IMG/VR virus record: IMGVR_UViG_3300034082_001676
Coordinates: 1-64,000 of that record
Source of the DNA: an uncultured virus (IMG/VR IMGVR_UViG_3300034082_001676)
Lineage: Duplodnaviria; Heunggongvirae; Uroviricota; Caudoviricetes
Reading direction: 5' to 3' (one strand)
DNA: 64,000 nucleotides
The notes beneath the pieces are model-generated. The model saw nothing but the letters and a program-made list of their open reading frames with translations, made no database searches and was not told the DNA's origin. Position 1 is the stretch's first letter; each line of letters begins with the position of its first letter. Of this stretch, positions 8,622-17,979 are shown in pieces. Both the position numbers and the translations under genes were made by a program.

Positions 8622-10523
8622 TTAGCTAAACTTAGTTTCAGTAAACGTAGCGTCTACCACATTGTCATCTGCTTTGGCTTCTGGTTGAGGCGCCTGAGCT
8701 GCCTGTTCCTTGGCCTGCTTTTTATCCAATAATGTTTTCATTGCCGGATAAACCTTGTTGAGTTCTTCAGTGATCTTTTCAGGGTCTGTGCCTTTGGTAG
8801 CTTCTTCTACTGCTTTGATCACTGTTTCTAACTCAGTGATTTCTGTTTCAGAAAGTTCTGAACGGAACTCTTCTAGATCTTTACGTACTTCGTGCATCTG
8901 TGCTTCAGCACCATTACGTGTTTCAATCAGTGTACGTGCTTTCTTATCTGCTTCTGCATTGACTTCAGCATCTTGAACCATACGCTCGATTTCTTCTTTG
9001 CTCAATCCACTATCTGATTTAATAGTGATTTTGTTTTCTTTGCCGGTGTTTTTGTCTTTGGCGCTGACGTGCATGATACCGTTGGCGTCAATGTCAAAAC
9101 TCACTTCAATCTGAGGTTGTCCTCTGCGTCCTGGTGCAATACCTTCTAGGTTAAACTCGCCTAGTAACTTGTTATGTTGTACGAGTTCGCGTTCACCTTG
9201 AAACGCTTTGATGGTCACAGCAGGCTGGTTGTCTTCTGCTGTAGAGAATGTTTGACTAGCTTTAGTTGGGATAGTTGTATTCTTTTGCACCAGCTTGGTC
9301 ATAATGCCACCCATGGTCTCAATGCCTAGACTCAACGGTGTAACATCCAACAACAAAACGTCATTGCGATCACCACCTAGAACAGCACCTTGAATGGCGG
9401 CGCCTGCGGCCACAGCTTCGTCGGGGTTAACATCTTTACGGGGTGCTTTGCCAAACAGTTGCTCAACAGCTTCTTGTACTTTAGGCATACGTGTTTGACC
9501 ACCAACAAGAATAACTTCGTCGATGTCAGTGGCGGTAATGCCTGCATCTTTCATAGCTGTGCGGCAAGGTGCTAGACTACGTTCGATTAGATCAGCTACA
9601 AGACTTTCTAGTTTTGCACGGGTGATCTTTACCACTAGATGTTTAGGACCACTAGCATCAGCTGTAACGTATGGAAGATTGACTTCTGTTTGTGCAGAAC
9701 TCGATAATTCAATCTTGGCTTTTTCAGCAGCATCTTTTAAACGCTGTAGGGCAAGCATATCTTTCTTGAGATCGATTCCGGAATCTTTCTTGAATTCATC
9801 AACTAGGAATTCCATAATGCGTTGGTCAAAATCTTCACCACCTAGAAAGGTGTCACCATTGGTGCTTAGTACTTCGATTTGTTTGTCGCCTTCCACGTTC
9901 GCGATCTCAATGATCGATACGTCGAAAGTACCGCCACCAAGATCATAAACAGCAATCTTCCTGTCAGCTTTATCAGACTTATCAACGCCATAACTAAGAG
10001 CTGCCGCAGTAGGCTCGTTAATAATACGCAGTACCTCCAAGCCGGCAATCTGTCCAGCATCCTTGGTAGCTTGTCTTTGGCTGTCGTTAAAGTACGCAGG
10101 AACTGTGATAACTGCTTGAGTAACTTCATGACCTAAATAATCCTCCGCTGTCTTTTTCATTTTACGCAGAACTTCTGCTGAAATCTGCGGAGGAGCAAGA
10201 CGTTGTTCTCCTGCCTTGACCCAAGCATCACCATTACCGTTTTGGATAATTTCATAAGGCATCAGGTCGATGTCCTTTTGAACTGCATCCTCAGTGAATT
10301 TACGACCAATCAAACGCTTGGCAGCATAGATGGTGTTTTTGGGATTTGTTACTGCCTGGCGTTTTGCGCTGGCACCAACTAGAATTTCATTGTTGGTGTA
10401 GGCAACCACGCTGGGTGTAGTTCTAGCACCTTCTGAATTCTCAATAACTTTGGGAATTCCATTTTCGACGATAGCCACGCAAGAATTCGTGGTGCCGAGG
10501 TCAATACCGATGATCTTAGACAT
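8622..10523 (-). CDS. dnaK: Chaperone DnaK (Hsp70)
   Basis: [25 protein letters not shown], full-length 633 aa. Confidence 0.99.
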   Translation of the reverse strand: MSKIIGIDLGTTNSCVAIVENGIPKVIENSEGARTTPSVVAYTNNEILVGASAKRQAVTNPKNTIYAAKRLIGRKFTEDAVQKDIDLMPYEIIQNGNGDAWVKAGEQRLAPPQISAEVLRKMKKTAEDYLGHEVTQAVITVPAYFNDSQRQATKDAGQIAGLEVLRIINEPTAAALSYGVDKSDKADRKIAVYDLGGGTFDVSIIEIANVEGDKQIEVLSTNGDTFLGGEDFDQRIMEFLVDEFKKDSGIDLKKDMLALQRLKDAAEKAKIELSSSAQTEVNLPYVTADASGPKHLVVKITRAKLESLVADLIERSLAPCRTAMKDAGITATDIDEVILVGGQTRMPKVQEAVEQLFGKAPRKDVNPDEAVAAGAAIQGAVLGGDRNDVLLLDVTPLSLGIETMGGIMTKLVQKNTTIPTKASQTFSTAEDNQPAVTIKAFQGERELVQHNKLLGEFNLEGIAPGRRGQPQIEVSFDIDANGIMHVSAKDKNTGKENKITIKSDSGLSKEEIERMVQDAEVNAEADKKARTLIETRNGAEAQMHEVRKDLEEFRSELSETEITELETVIKAVEEATKGTDPEKITEELNKVYPAMKTLLDKKQAKEQAAQAPQPEAKADDNVVDATFTETKFS

Positions 10524-10527
10524 AATA

Positions 10528-10545
10528 TCTCCTTATAAAGTAAGA
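10528..10545 (-). promoter_or_regulatory. ROSE-like SD-sequestering hairpin upstream of dnaK
   Basis: Minus strand TCTTACTTTATAAGGAGA preceded by two further hairpins. Confidence 0.55.
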
Positions 10546-10604
10546 TCTAAATTGTGAGCACTATGCTCTGTAAATTGCCCTATTGGTACAATTTACGATT
10601 TTAT

Positions 10605-11186
10605 TTATCTTTGATGTGCCAACGGTTGAAAAAGTTCACCGTTGATACTACTAGCAGTTCGTAATTTTTTATAAACATTCTGAACACCTACTGCTTGATT
10701 CCAAGCATCTTCAAGGGCATGATGTTTTAGTACAGGAGGCCGGTTAGGATTGATTCCAATGTCAAATATAGTGCGAGTATCGCGTACTTCCCAGAAACTC
10801 CAAGGAATAGCTTTGCCTATCTTGCGAAAATAATGTTCTAAAATAATAACATCAAATCCTGCACCATGACTCCATACTCGCTTGCCGCCCCAACAAAACT
10901 TATACAGTTGTGTCATTGCTTCTTCGATAGAAATTCTATTTGCAGGATCAAATGCTTCGTCCTGAGCAGCTTGGCTTTGATTGGACCACCAGTCTAAGGT
11001 AGCCTGACTAACCGTAGCACCAATCCGATCACAACTATCAACATCAACACGGACATAAAATTTCTCACATTTTGGGTCATTAACATCGTCACCAAACGGA
11101 TCAAATTTAACTGCTCCGATAGTAAGGATAGTTGCGGTGGGGAGTACGTCTAGCGTCTCCAAGTCAATCATAATATCTGTGTTCAT
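10605..11186 (-). CDS. DEDDh 3'-5' exonuclease/exoribonuclease (DUF5051/Rv2179c-like)
   Basis: IMIDLETL, WSHGAGFDVIIL, RDTRT, HHALEDA. Confidence 0.88.
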   Translation of the reverse strand: MNTDIMIDLETLDVLPTATILTIGAVKFDPFGDDVNDPKCEKFYVRVDVDSCDRIGATVSQATLDWWSNQSQAAQDEAFDPANRISIEEAMTQLYKFCWGGKRVWSHGAGFDVIILEHYFRKIGKAIPWSFWEVRDTRTIFDIGINPNRPPVLKHHALEDAWNQAVGVQNVYKKLRTASSINGELFQPLAHQR

Positions 11187-11192
11187 ACAGCT

Positions 11193-11221
11193 ATTATACT
11201 ACCTTTCTGACCAATGGTCAA
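11193..11221 (-). promoter_or_regulatory. Sigma70-type promoter, leaderless-type spacing to ATG
   Basis: TTGACC-N17-TATAAT, then 6 nt, then ATG at 11186. Confidence 0.75.
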
Positions 11222-11225
11222 TAGA

Positions 11226-11468
11226 TTAAAACATTTTTTTAGGAAGTTGTTGTTCTCTGAGCTTTTTATTCCAACGTGCTTTGGCTGCGCCAGCTTTGCG
11301 TTTGCGCTCAGTTGTGGGTTTTTCATAAAATTCACGGGCACGTAGTTCTTCCAAAAGTCCACTGTCGTCTATTTTCTTTTTGAATCTTCTTAGAGCTTGA
11401 TTGATATTTTCGTTTTCTTTGACAAAAACGGTATTACCAGTTAGTCTAATTGTATTATTGTTGTTCAT
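11226..11468 (-). CDS. rpsU: Ribosomal protein bS21
   Basis: [17 protein letters not shown]...[13 protein letters not shown]. Confidence 0.93.
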   Translation of the reverse strand: MNNNNTIRLTGNTVFVKENENINQALRRFKKKIDDSGLLEELRAREFYEKPTTERKRKAGAAKARWNKKLREQQLPKKMF

Positions 11469-11841
11469 AAGTTCCTATTACGGTTTCTAATAATTTGATG
11501 CAGTCATCAATACTATATATAGCCTTTGTATTGACCTTAGCTAGGTTTTTTAGTATCCCAAAATAAGATGAATTACGTTGTGCAGCCATATAACCAGTTA
11601 TTAACTGATTTTCGTGTTCCGCATTAAAGATTATATGGTGACTCTTGTGTTTTTTATCAAACAACCAATCTGGACTACTGTTGTTCCAGATATAAAGAAC
11701 CACCATTGGTAAATTATTGATTTTCGACAATGCTGTAGATAATAATTGTGTTTGGTCAGCGGTAAGATTGACCAGCAACAATCTCACACCATCGTAGGCT
11801 ACGTCATCGGGATCGGTGACCAAAATCACTTTACTGTTCAT
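11455..11841 (-). CDS. Hypothetical protein
   Basis: 128 aa ORF overlapping neighbours in an operon. Confidence 0.65.
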   Translation of the reverse strand: MNSKVILVTDPDDVAYDGVRLLLVNLTADQTQLLSTALSKINNLPMVVLYIWNNSSPDWLFDKKHKSHHIIFNAEHENQLITGYMAAQRNSSYFGILKNLAKVNTKAIYSIDDCIKLLETVIGTYEQQ

Positions 11842-13288
11842 CTTTTTTTGCTTTCACACGTTGCCAAAGAGTGGACTTAGTCTGTTCTGCATTTTGAACG
11901 TATTCTACACTTCCTTGGTTTTCTTGATCTGCTGTGTCCCTTGTTTCTCCAACCAGGTCACTGTCTTTTTTTTTAGATTCGTCTGCGAGAACACGTTGTT
12001 CTTCTATCCATTTGGCAGCTTCGCCAGCAGCATCATCGTGATCAGGCTGCGGCCTTAGATAAGATTGCCAGGGTAGTTCTTTGATAACATTACGTTCAAA
12101 AAGTTTTCTCTGAAGTTTCAAACTGCTGTCAGGATGATCTGCTTTCCAACGGGTCATTGCAGATGCTTCACTTTCAGATGCTTGCGCCAATTCATCTTCA
12201 TCAGTGTGCTCTTCTTCTGTCGGTTCCTCAGTTTTATGGACCTGTGGACCCACTCGAAATTCTTCCGGTACTTGACTTACCCACGGTTTTAAAAGATAAG
12301 GATGTTTTTCAAAAATACCCAATTCTCTGTCTTCGACTGATAGTGTTGGTCCTTGAACCGGGAATGGCCATAATGGGCTGCCGGCCGGAATAAAAGGTTC
12401 TGCTTTTATTTTGACATCTTGCTCTGCGGCTTCTTGATCTAATTGACGAGCACGTTCTTTGCCTTGTTCGAACCATTCTTTTACTGCTAACTCGTCGTCT
12501 TCTTCTCGAGCAGTTCGGAACCATTGAAAACTGTATTGACTGGCCAACAACAAGATCACTGCCAGAGGATCAAATACCGCAACAATAATAATGATTACCC
12601 AGGTGACAGCTTTTTCTAATAGATTGGCATCTGGATTGCTTCCGTAAATAAAAGAAGCTATGTATTTTATTGGTCCAACCTCGGCCTCCACTTTTCGAAC
12701 CTCTGCCGCAATAGGTGCTCTCTCACTGTTAAGTGTAGAGATGGTCTTTTGCGATTGAGCAATTTCTTGAGTAATACGGCCGCGATCTTTTTGCTGGGCT
12801 TTACGAATTGCGACTGCTTTTTCGGCACCCTTTTCATCTGTTGAGCGACCCATAACTTGGTCCACTGCCTCATCAAGTTGTTTGAGAACTTTACGATTTG
12901 CATCTATATTTTCTTTTTCTGTTTTGATTTTCTCATCATAGACGGCAATCCTACTTTGTACGTCACCGCTTACAAGACTTTGATCACTATGTGCTTTTGA
13001 TAGGAATCCAAAGATACCCATTGATGTTATCACCATTAGGATAGCAATGGCCGCAATTAGATACGACCTAATAAAAATAGGAGCACGGGCCCAATTTATC
13101 TTGAGCCATACGGTGGCAATTAATTTGCTGACCTCTAACACAACACCCATTACAATAATAGGTATAACTGCGGCCGCAAAGATTGAAACAAGGCCAGCCA
13201 CGCTGTACCAAATTGCCACAGCAGATATAGTTAGTCCGCTTAGAAGAGCCAACCAGGCTATGATTTTATCACTTAGATTTATTTTCAT
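11831..13288 (-). CDS. Membrane protein with coiled-coil and acidic tail
   Basis: Three N-terminal TM segments, long coiled coil, another TM (VFDPLAVILLL), acidic C-terminus; TAAATA 8 nt upstream. Confidence 0.75.
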   Translation of the reverse strand: MKINLSDKIIAWLALLSGLTISAVAIWYSVAGLVSIFAAAVIPIIVMGVVLEVSKLIATVWLKINWARAPIFIRSYLIAAIAILMVITSMGIFGFLSKAHSDQSLVSGDVQSRIAVYDEKIKTEKENIDANRKVLKQLDEAVDQVMGRSTDEKGAEKAVAIRKAQQKDRGRITQEIAQSQKTISTLNSERAPIAAEVRKVEAEVGPIKYIASFIYGSNPDANLLEKAVTWVIIIIVAVFDPLAVILLLASQYSFQWFRTAREEDDELAVKEWFEQGKERARQLDQEAAEQDVKIKAEPFIPAGSPLWPFPVQGPTLSVEDRELGIFEKHPYLLKPWVSQVPEEFRVGPQVHKTEEPTEEEHTDEDELAQASESEASAMTRWKADHPDSSLKLQRKLFERNVIKELPWQSYLRPQPDHDDAAGEAAKWIEEQRVLADESKKKDSDLVGETRDTADQENQGSVEYVQNAEQTKSTLWQRVKAKKDEQ

Positions 13289-13336
13289 TGAGCTAGTATT
13301 TACCGGCCTTTAATAAAGTTAAAAACTATACTAAAT

Positions 13337-13672
13337 TTATTTAAAAAATATCAGCGCCATCATTACTGCTTGGACAATAAACCCCAATCCGATAGTAACT
13401 ACATTGAGCATATCTTTTTGCACCGTGGCTTTAACAAACAACAAGGTCAGGCCGCCCCAACATAACAGCACAAGATCCACTGCGGGCATCTTGTCAGTTA
13501 GGCCGCTCATTACTGCAAACAGACTAGGAACAGTAGCAGCGTGTAAGACAATAACTGCCAACCAACCAAATGTTTCTGCTGAAATATGACTGACCTTAGC
13601 CGTAGCCCAAGTTTTAAATTCTTGAAGATTTTCAAATTGGGGTAACGGATTAAATTTATTTAGATTAGCCAT
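13337..13672 (-). CDS. Small 3-TM membrane protein (PQ-loop/SemiSWEET-like or holin-like)
   Basis: Three hydrophobic helices; follows the cell-wall hydrolase; start moved to ATG 13672. Confidence 0.55.
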   Translation of the reverse strand: MANLNKFNPLPQFENLQEFKTWATAKVSHISAETFGWLAVIVLHAATVPSLFAVMSGLTDKMPAVDLVLLCWGGLTLLFVKATVQKDMLNVVTIGLGFIVQAVMMALIFFK

Positions 13673-14219
13673 TTGTTTTCTTTCCTTTGTAAAAGATATG
13701 ATTACCGATTGATCCAATTTTTTCTAAAGGCCAACGAGGATTGACATAGTTAGCATGATAATACAATGCTTCTTTCATTACGTCAAGTCGAAAGCCTTCC
13801 AATAACACTTTCTTGGCCACAGCCATACTTTCATTATAAGCTGATTGGTTAACAGGTCTAGCTTTGTGAGCAGTGTCACAGTACCATGAGAATTGGCAAA
13901 TGACTCTGTCTATCACTACTGACTTTTGAAAAACAACTGCACAGACATCTTTTGGGAACGAAGGATGAGCCGCCCTGTTCATAGTGACCTGTGCTACTGC
14001 TACTTTGCCTTCAAAGTTTTCGTGGCCTGCTTCGCGATAGATATTCATCGCTAGACATTCTAGTTGTCGTTCTCTAGTTTTGATTGACACAATATCAGGC
14101 GATGATAACATCTGACCCTCACGTAGCTTTGCCATTTTGGTCTGAGTAATACTTTGCACCAACATGGCTACTACAACTAAGCCCATAACATAGGCTGTAA
14201 ATCTAAATAACTTTTCCAT
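13665..14219 (-). CDS. SleB-like cell wall hydrolase (Hydrolase_2)
   Basis: CLAMNIYREA, GKVAVAQVTMNR, CQFSW, ALYYHANYVNPRW, IGNHIFY; N-terminal membrane anchor; SD AAGGAGG. Confidence 0.93.
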   Translation of the reverse strand: MEKLFRFTAYVMGLVVVAMLVQSITQTKMAKLREGQMLSSPDIVSIKTRERQLECLAMNIYREAGHENFEGKVAVAQVTMNRAAHPSFPKDVCAVVFQKSVVIDRVICQFSWYCDTAHKARPVNQSAYNESMAVAKKVLLEGFRLDVMKEALYYHANYVNPRWPLEKIGSIGNHIFYKGKKTNG

Positions 14220-14220
14220 A

Positions 14221-14502
14221 AGTCCTCCTTTGACTTGGTGTTGTAAAACTTCTACAACATTACATAAAGGGAGTTAACTTCACGAGGCTCTGACAGAACC
14301 CTACTTTCGTGTAGTTGTCTCCATTAGCCACCACAACTTGTGGTACCTTTGGCGACCCTTGGCATCCCGAAAATACGGGTTTCTCATTGGCCAAGACCCG
14401 CGGACATGATTTTGATGGTATCTCTGTCATGTCAACTATCTCAGTTTCTTTGCGAAACGTTTAATATATACCCCATAGATTCGAAATCTCCCGAGAAACT
14501 GG
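14221..14502 (-). ncRNA. Structured ~280 nt 5' leader, candidate riboswitch/cis-regulatory RNA
   Basis: Stems seen by eye: CAGTTTCT/AGAAACTG, GACATGA/TCATGTC, CGGGT/ACCCG, CCACA/TGTGG, CTAC/GTAG, GGTTC/GAGCC, TGTTGTAG/TTACAACA; GGAG/CTCC closing helix. Confidence 0.6.
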
Positions 14503-14505
14503 TGA

Positions 14506-14898
14506 TTATCGACGCATTTTGGAGATATCTTGTGCTTCTTCGTCCGAAAACACAGGCACCGCATTTGACTTGTGCATAGTGGCAATGCCTTTGACCTTGG
14601 TTCCTGTGTAGACTGGATTAGGTCGCAATACTGCATTGCCACCTGTGTTCACGCTCTTGATGTGAGCAGTACTACGGTCTGCCGGAATGGCAAGACTGTA
14701 ATTTCCCTTGAGTGGTTCTGCAGACAATGCTCGTTTACGCTTCTTGTCTTCAATTTCTACAGCCCATTTCTTCTGTAGTTCTTTCCAACTTTCGTCCAAT
14801 TCTCTAGCCTTTCTAGCGTGTTCAGCTGATGCAAACTTTTGCTTGCCTTTGCGTTTACCTGTGGTACTAAGCCACGGGCCTTCTAAATGCATTGTCAA
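14506..14898 (-). CDS. Basic hypothetical phage protein
   Basis: Ends YTGTKVKGIATMHKSNAVPVFS, a motif typical of T4-like phage hypotheticals; SD GGAGG; start TTG 14898 or ATG 14892. Confidence 0.8.
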   Translation of the reverse strand: MTMHLEGPWLSTTGKRKGKQKFASAEHARKARELDESWKELQKKWAVEIEDKKRKRALSAEPLKGNYSLAIPADRSTAHIKSVNTGGNAVLRPNPVYTGTKVKGIATMHKSNAVPVFSDEEAQDISKMRR

Positions 14899-14931
14899 AA
14901 GAAACCTCCAAACTTGTTAAACTATGTTAGT

Positions 14932-14960
14932 AGTATAACATTTAGTTTGGAGGTTGTCAA
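14932..14960 (-). promoter_or_regulatory. Sigma70-type promoter overlapped by an inverted repeat
   Basis: TTGACA-N17-TATACT; 12-bp arms at 14903-14914 and 14944-14955. Confidence 0.75.
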
Positions 14961-14969
14961 GACCCAATA

Positions 14970-15614
14970 TTACAAATCTATAGTTTCGGGATCTACCAAT
15001 GCCAATTCTTCAAATCCCCAACTCCTTTCCTCGCAAGAATAACATAAATTGCATTTTCCTCTGAGCTGCCGAGAACAAGAATGTGTATATGGTATTATAA
15101 AGTCAGTTCCTAGTTTGTACAATATATCAGTCATGTGTGGTTTAAGTAGATCCAAAAAAGGTTGCTGATACAATGGAGTTTGTTTGTAGACAAAACCTAG
15201 GCTGCCTTTGAATATTTTAATATCCGGCGATGGCATATTGTTTCCGCTCAGATAAATTTGTCCGTTAAACTGTTTGCATGTTTCAGCAACAACATTAGAG
15301 TCCATTCTTCCCTGGCGAATTGCCTCTTCAGTATTAGGAATATTATTCACGTGCAATATGCCAACTTGAAAATGGTCTTCAAACTGCTTTAAAATACGAG
15401 TTGCATACCTTGTCTCGCCTGTTGGTTTTTCTATAGTGAAAGCAGTCAATGATACTGTTTTTAATCGATCAGTCTGATATAGTTCTGTTAAAATTAAAGA
15501 TAACATTGCAGACGAGTCTAAACCGCCCGACATAAAAATTCCAATATTATCTACTTCCGGAATAGTAAAAGTAAACTCGCGTTCTAGGTGTTTAGGTCCA
15601 ATTGTTATTTTCAT
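14970..15614 (-). CDS. QueC-like PP-loop ATPase (adenine nucleotide alpha-hydrolase family)
   Basis: SGGLDS PP-loop; THSC...CNLCYSCEER zinc site. Confidence 0.7.
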   Translation of the reverse strand: MKITIGPKHLEREFTFTIPEVDNIGIFMSGGLDSSAMLSLILTELYQTDRLKTVSLTAFTIEKPTGETRYATRILKQFEDHFQVGILHVNNIPNTEEAIRQGRMDSNVVAETCKQFNGQIYLSGNNMPSPDIKIFKGSLGFVYKQTPLYQQPFLDLLKPHMTDILYKLGTDFIIPYTHSCSRQLRGKCNLCYSCEERSWGFEELALVDPETIDL

Positions 15615-15639
15615 ACTGTGGTTATTTATTAAATACAGA

Positions 15640-16344
15640 ATGACCACTGATCCTAAATTTGCTTTTCCTACTAAACCAAACGACTTTTCATCGTCTTTAA
15701 ATATCGATGTATCAACCGAACATTTAATGTGCGAAATGCAATTAAGTGCAATAGGTTGCTGGGAGCCTTTAGATTTTTTAATTGATCAGTCAATTTGGGA
15801 AGACGACAAGGGTAGGCTTAAAGACCTATGGCGACCGTTCCAGCCAAAAGAAGGAATAACCAACGATAGAGATTCAATTTTATTGTTTGGGTTGAACGGT
15901 GACACTGCAATCAGTCCAACGGGATTGTCGCACGTTCACGCAAAAATAGGTCGTTTTCCAAAAGAAACTGAATTTACCTATCCAACTGATGCTGTTCCTC
16001 TACTACATTCTTGTCAGGAAATTATGGAATTCTTCTCCCCTATGTGTCGTAGTTTTATCATAAGATTAAATGCCGGCGGCTTTTACCCAAGACACAGAGA
16101 TCACTTTTTACTTAATCGTGATACATTTAGGCTTGTTACTTTTTTAGGTAACTCGAGCGATAATTTGGAATGGGAAGTAGAAGGTAATATTAAAACATTT
16201 TTACCAAATACTACCTACTATATCGATACTAGAAAAATGCATAGACTATCGTCGTGGAATCACGGCTCAACTATGATAGTATGGAATGTTCGAAAAACAT
16301 GGGTCAACGTTCTAAAAGTTTTAACACGATTAAAACATAAATGA
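15640..16344 (+). CDS. Putative 2OG-Fe(II) oxygenase (Asp/Asn beta-hydroxylase-like)
   Basis: RLNAGGFYPRHRD (HxD) and YYIDTRKMH (distal His). Confidence 0.65.
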   Translation: MTTDPKFAFPTKPNDFSSSLNIDVSTEHLMCEMQLSAIGCWEPLDFLIDQSIWEDDKGRLKDLWRPFQPKEGITNDRDSILLFGLNGDTAISPTGLSHVHAKIGRFPKETEFTYPTDAVPLLHSCQEIMEFFSPMCRSFIIRLNAGGFYPRHRDHFLLNRDTFRLVTFLGNSSDNLEWEVEGNIKTFLPNTTYYIDTRKMHRLSSWNHGSTMIVWNVRKTWVNVLKVLTRLKHK

Positions 16345-16350
16345 ACAGTA

Positions 16351-16857
16351 TCAGCTGTTCAACACCTTAGCAACTGAATTCATAACTGCCGCGATTCTAC
16401 CAATGTCACGCAGTTGCTCTACACTATAGCCTTCTGTTTTTAGTGTTTCATAATGTGCTTTCACACAGAAGTGACACTTGCCCACAATACTAGCTGCCAA
16501 AGAGAATGCTTCAAAATTTGCCTTAGTAGTTCCGCCGTGACTAGCAATAGCGTTCATGCGTAACTGTGCTGGCAATCCTTTTAGACTAGGATCATCTGCC
16601 ATTTCAACGTAAGGGTACCATACATTGTTCTGTGCCATAATACTAGCGGCTGTCATTGCAGAGTCAGCATGTACTGGAGCATCTGCTAACAACACCGCAA
16701 GCACCTTGCCGTTGCCAGTTGCGGCCAATGCAGCCACAGCACACCCCATAGCCACATCTGCATCTAGTGTACTACGCAAAAGGACAGCGTCCAAGTTTAA
16801 CTTAGTGTCCTTTGCGTATTCTGGTAATACGCCTTTTACTGATTCAATAAAACTCAT
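16351..16857 (-). CDS. ahpD: Alkyl hydroperoxide reductase AhpD
   Basis: LPEYAKDTKLNL, MAQNNVWYPY, SIVGKCHFCVKAH. Confidence 0.92.
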   Translation of the reverse strand: MSFIESVKGVLPEYAKDTKLNLDAVLLRSTLDADVAMGCAVAALAATGNGKVLAVLLADAPVHADSAMTAASIMAQNNVWYPYVEMADDPSLKGLPAQLRMNAIASHGGTTKANFEAFSLAASIVGKCHFCVKAHYETLKTEGYSVEQLRDIGRIAAVMNSVAKVLNS

Positions 16858-16858
16858 T

Positions 16859-17275
16859 TTATGCTACCTCATCTTTCTTATCGCTAGGGAATTTTGCACT
16901 AGTGTATCGAATAACCAATACGCTGATGGCAATAATAAATGTGGAACCAGCCACTGACAGCATCTCAACAATGTTGATGGGCTGGTGACTCATGATGTCT
17001 ACCATGTGCCGGGTCAATGCAGTTATTGCTATGTAAAGTAGAAACCTAACAGGCATATGATTGGTTCTAAAGTAAATCCCAACCATGGCCCCAATTTCCA
17101 AATAGATAAACATTAGCAACAAGTCGGCAACTCCGGCATGGTGCTTCTGGAACATTTCAAAAAACGTCCAGCCAGCGGCCCATACCGTTGCGGCGCCTAT
17201 TCCAAAAAGTGCCAATCGGTGAAAAATATCAACTAAAGTATTTCCAACACGATCAACATTTTTTGTGTTTAACAT
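16859..17275 (-). CDS. psiE: Phosphate-starvation-inducible PsiE-family membrane protein
   Basis: DLLLMFIYLEIGAMVGIYF...MPVRFLLYIAITALTR. Confidence 0.85.
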   Translation of the reverse strand: MLNTKNVDRVGNTLVDIFHRLALFGIGAATVWAAGWTFFEMFQKHHAGVADLLLMFIYLEIGAMVGIYFRTNHMPVRFLLYIAITALTRHMVDIMSHQPINIVEMLSVAGSTFIIAISVLVIRYTSAKFPSDKKDEVA

Positions 17276-17814
17276 TATAGAGTCTCTCCGCCCACTGTAC
17301 GATTACAAGCACAGAGTTCACCTGTTTGTAGCGCATCCAACACACGAAGTGTTTCTTCTGGGCTACGACCAACATTTAAGTTATTGACTGTAACATGCTG
17401 AATCTCGTTGCTTGGATCAACAATGAATGTGGCACGTAATGCCGCACCAGCTGGAGCATAGAACACACCCAGTTGTTCAATCAAGCTCAACTCACCACGC
17501 TGTGTATCAGCAAACTGGTGATGTGTGATTTTCTTCAAATCAGCGTGTGCAGTCTGCCATGCTACTTTACAGAACTCATTATCTGTTGAACCTGTTAGCA
17601 GGACTGCATCACGGTCAGCAAAGTCTTGTGTCAACTTGTCGTAGGCCACAATCTCTGTTGGGCAAACAAATGTAAAGTCTTTTGGATAGTAAACGATTAC
17701 TTTCCACTTGCCTTCGAAACTATTTTCTGTAATAGTGTAGAACGCATCTTCTGGTTGTCCTGGCTTGACACCTGTAATTGCGAATGGGGCTAATTTATCT
17801 CCAACTGTTTTCAT
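17275..17814 (-). CDS. ahpC: Peroxiredoxin AhpC
   Basis: YPKDFTFVCPTE, GRSPEETLRVLDALQTGELC; start moved to ATG 17814 after AAGGAG. Confidence 0.95.
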   Translation of the reverse strand: MKTVGDKLAPFAITGVKPGQPEDAFYTITENSFEGKWKVIVYYPKDFTFVCPTEIVAYDKLTQDFADRDAVLLTGSTDNEFCKVAWQTAHADLKKITHHQFADTQRGELSLIEQLGVFYAPAGAALRATFIVDPSNEIQHVTVNNLNVGRSPEETLRVLDALQTGELCACNRTVGGETL

Positions 17815-17939
17815 GCTTATATCTCCTTGTGTGTGAATGAAACAATAATTATTGTACATTTATTTACGCTATAAATCAATGGTTTTCCATTAGTTTTGAC
17901 TAATATTTTTTAATGGCACTAATAGGAAGAACTAATAAT

Positions 17940-17962
17940 AGAAAAGGCTCCGAAGAGCCTTT
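17940..17962 (-). terminator. Intrinsic terminator
   Basis: AAAGGCTC-TTCG-GAGCCTTTTCT on minus strand. Confidence 0.8.
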
Positions 17963-17979
17963 GGTAAATTGTAAAGTGT

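Noticed and set aside
8755..10136. Antisense and alternative-frame ORFs within dnaK (likewise in nrdA, ligases and others)
   Set aside because: Shadow frames of well-conserved genes without their own expression signals.
14340..14642. ORFs 14340-14579 (+) and 14436-14642 (-)
   Set aside because: No SD or recognisable motifs; they overlap a real gene and the structured leader.
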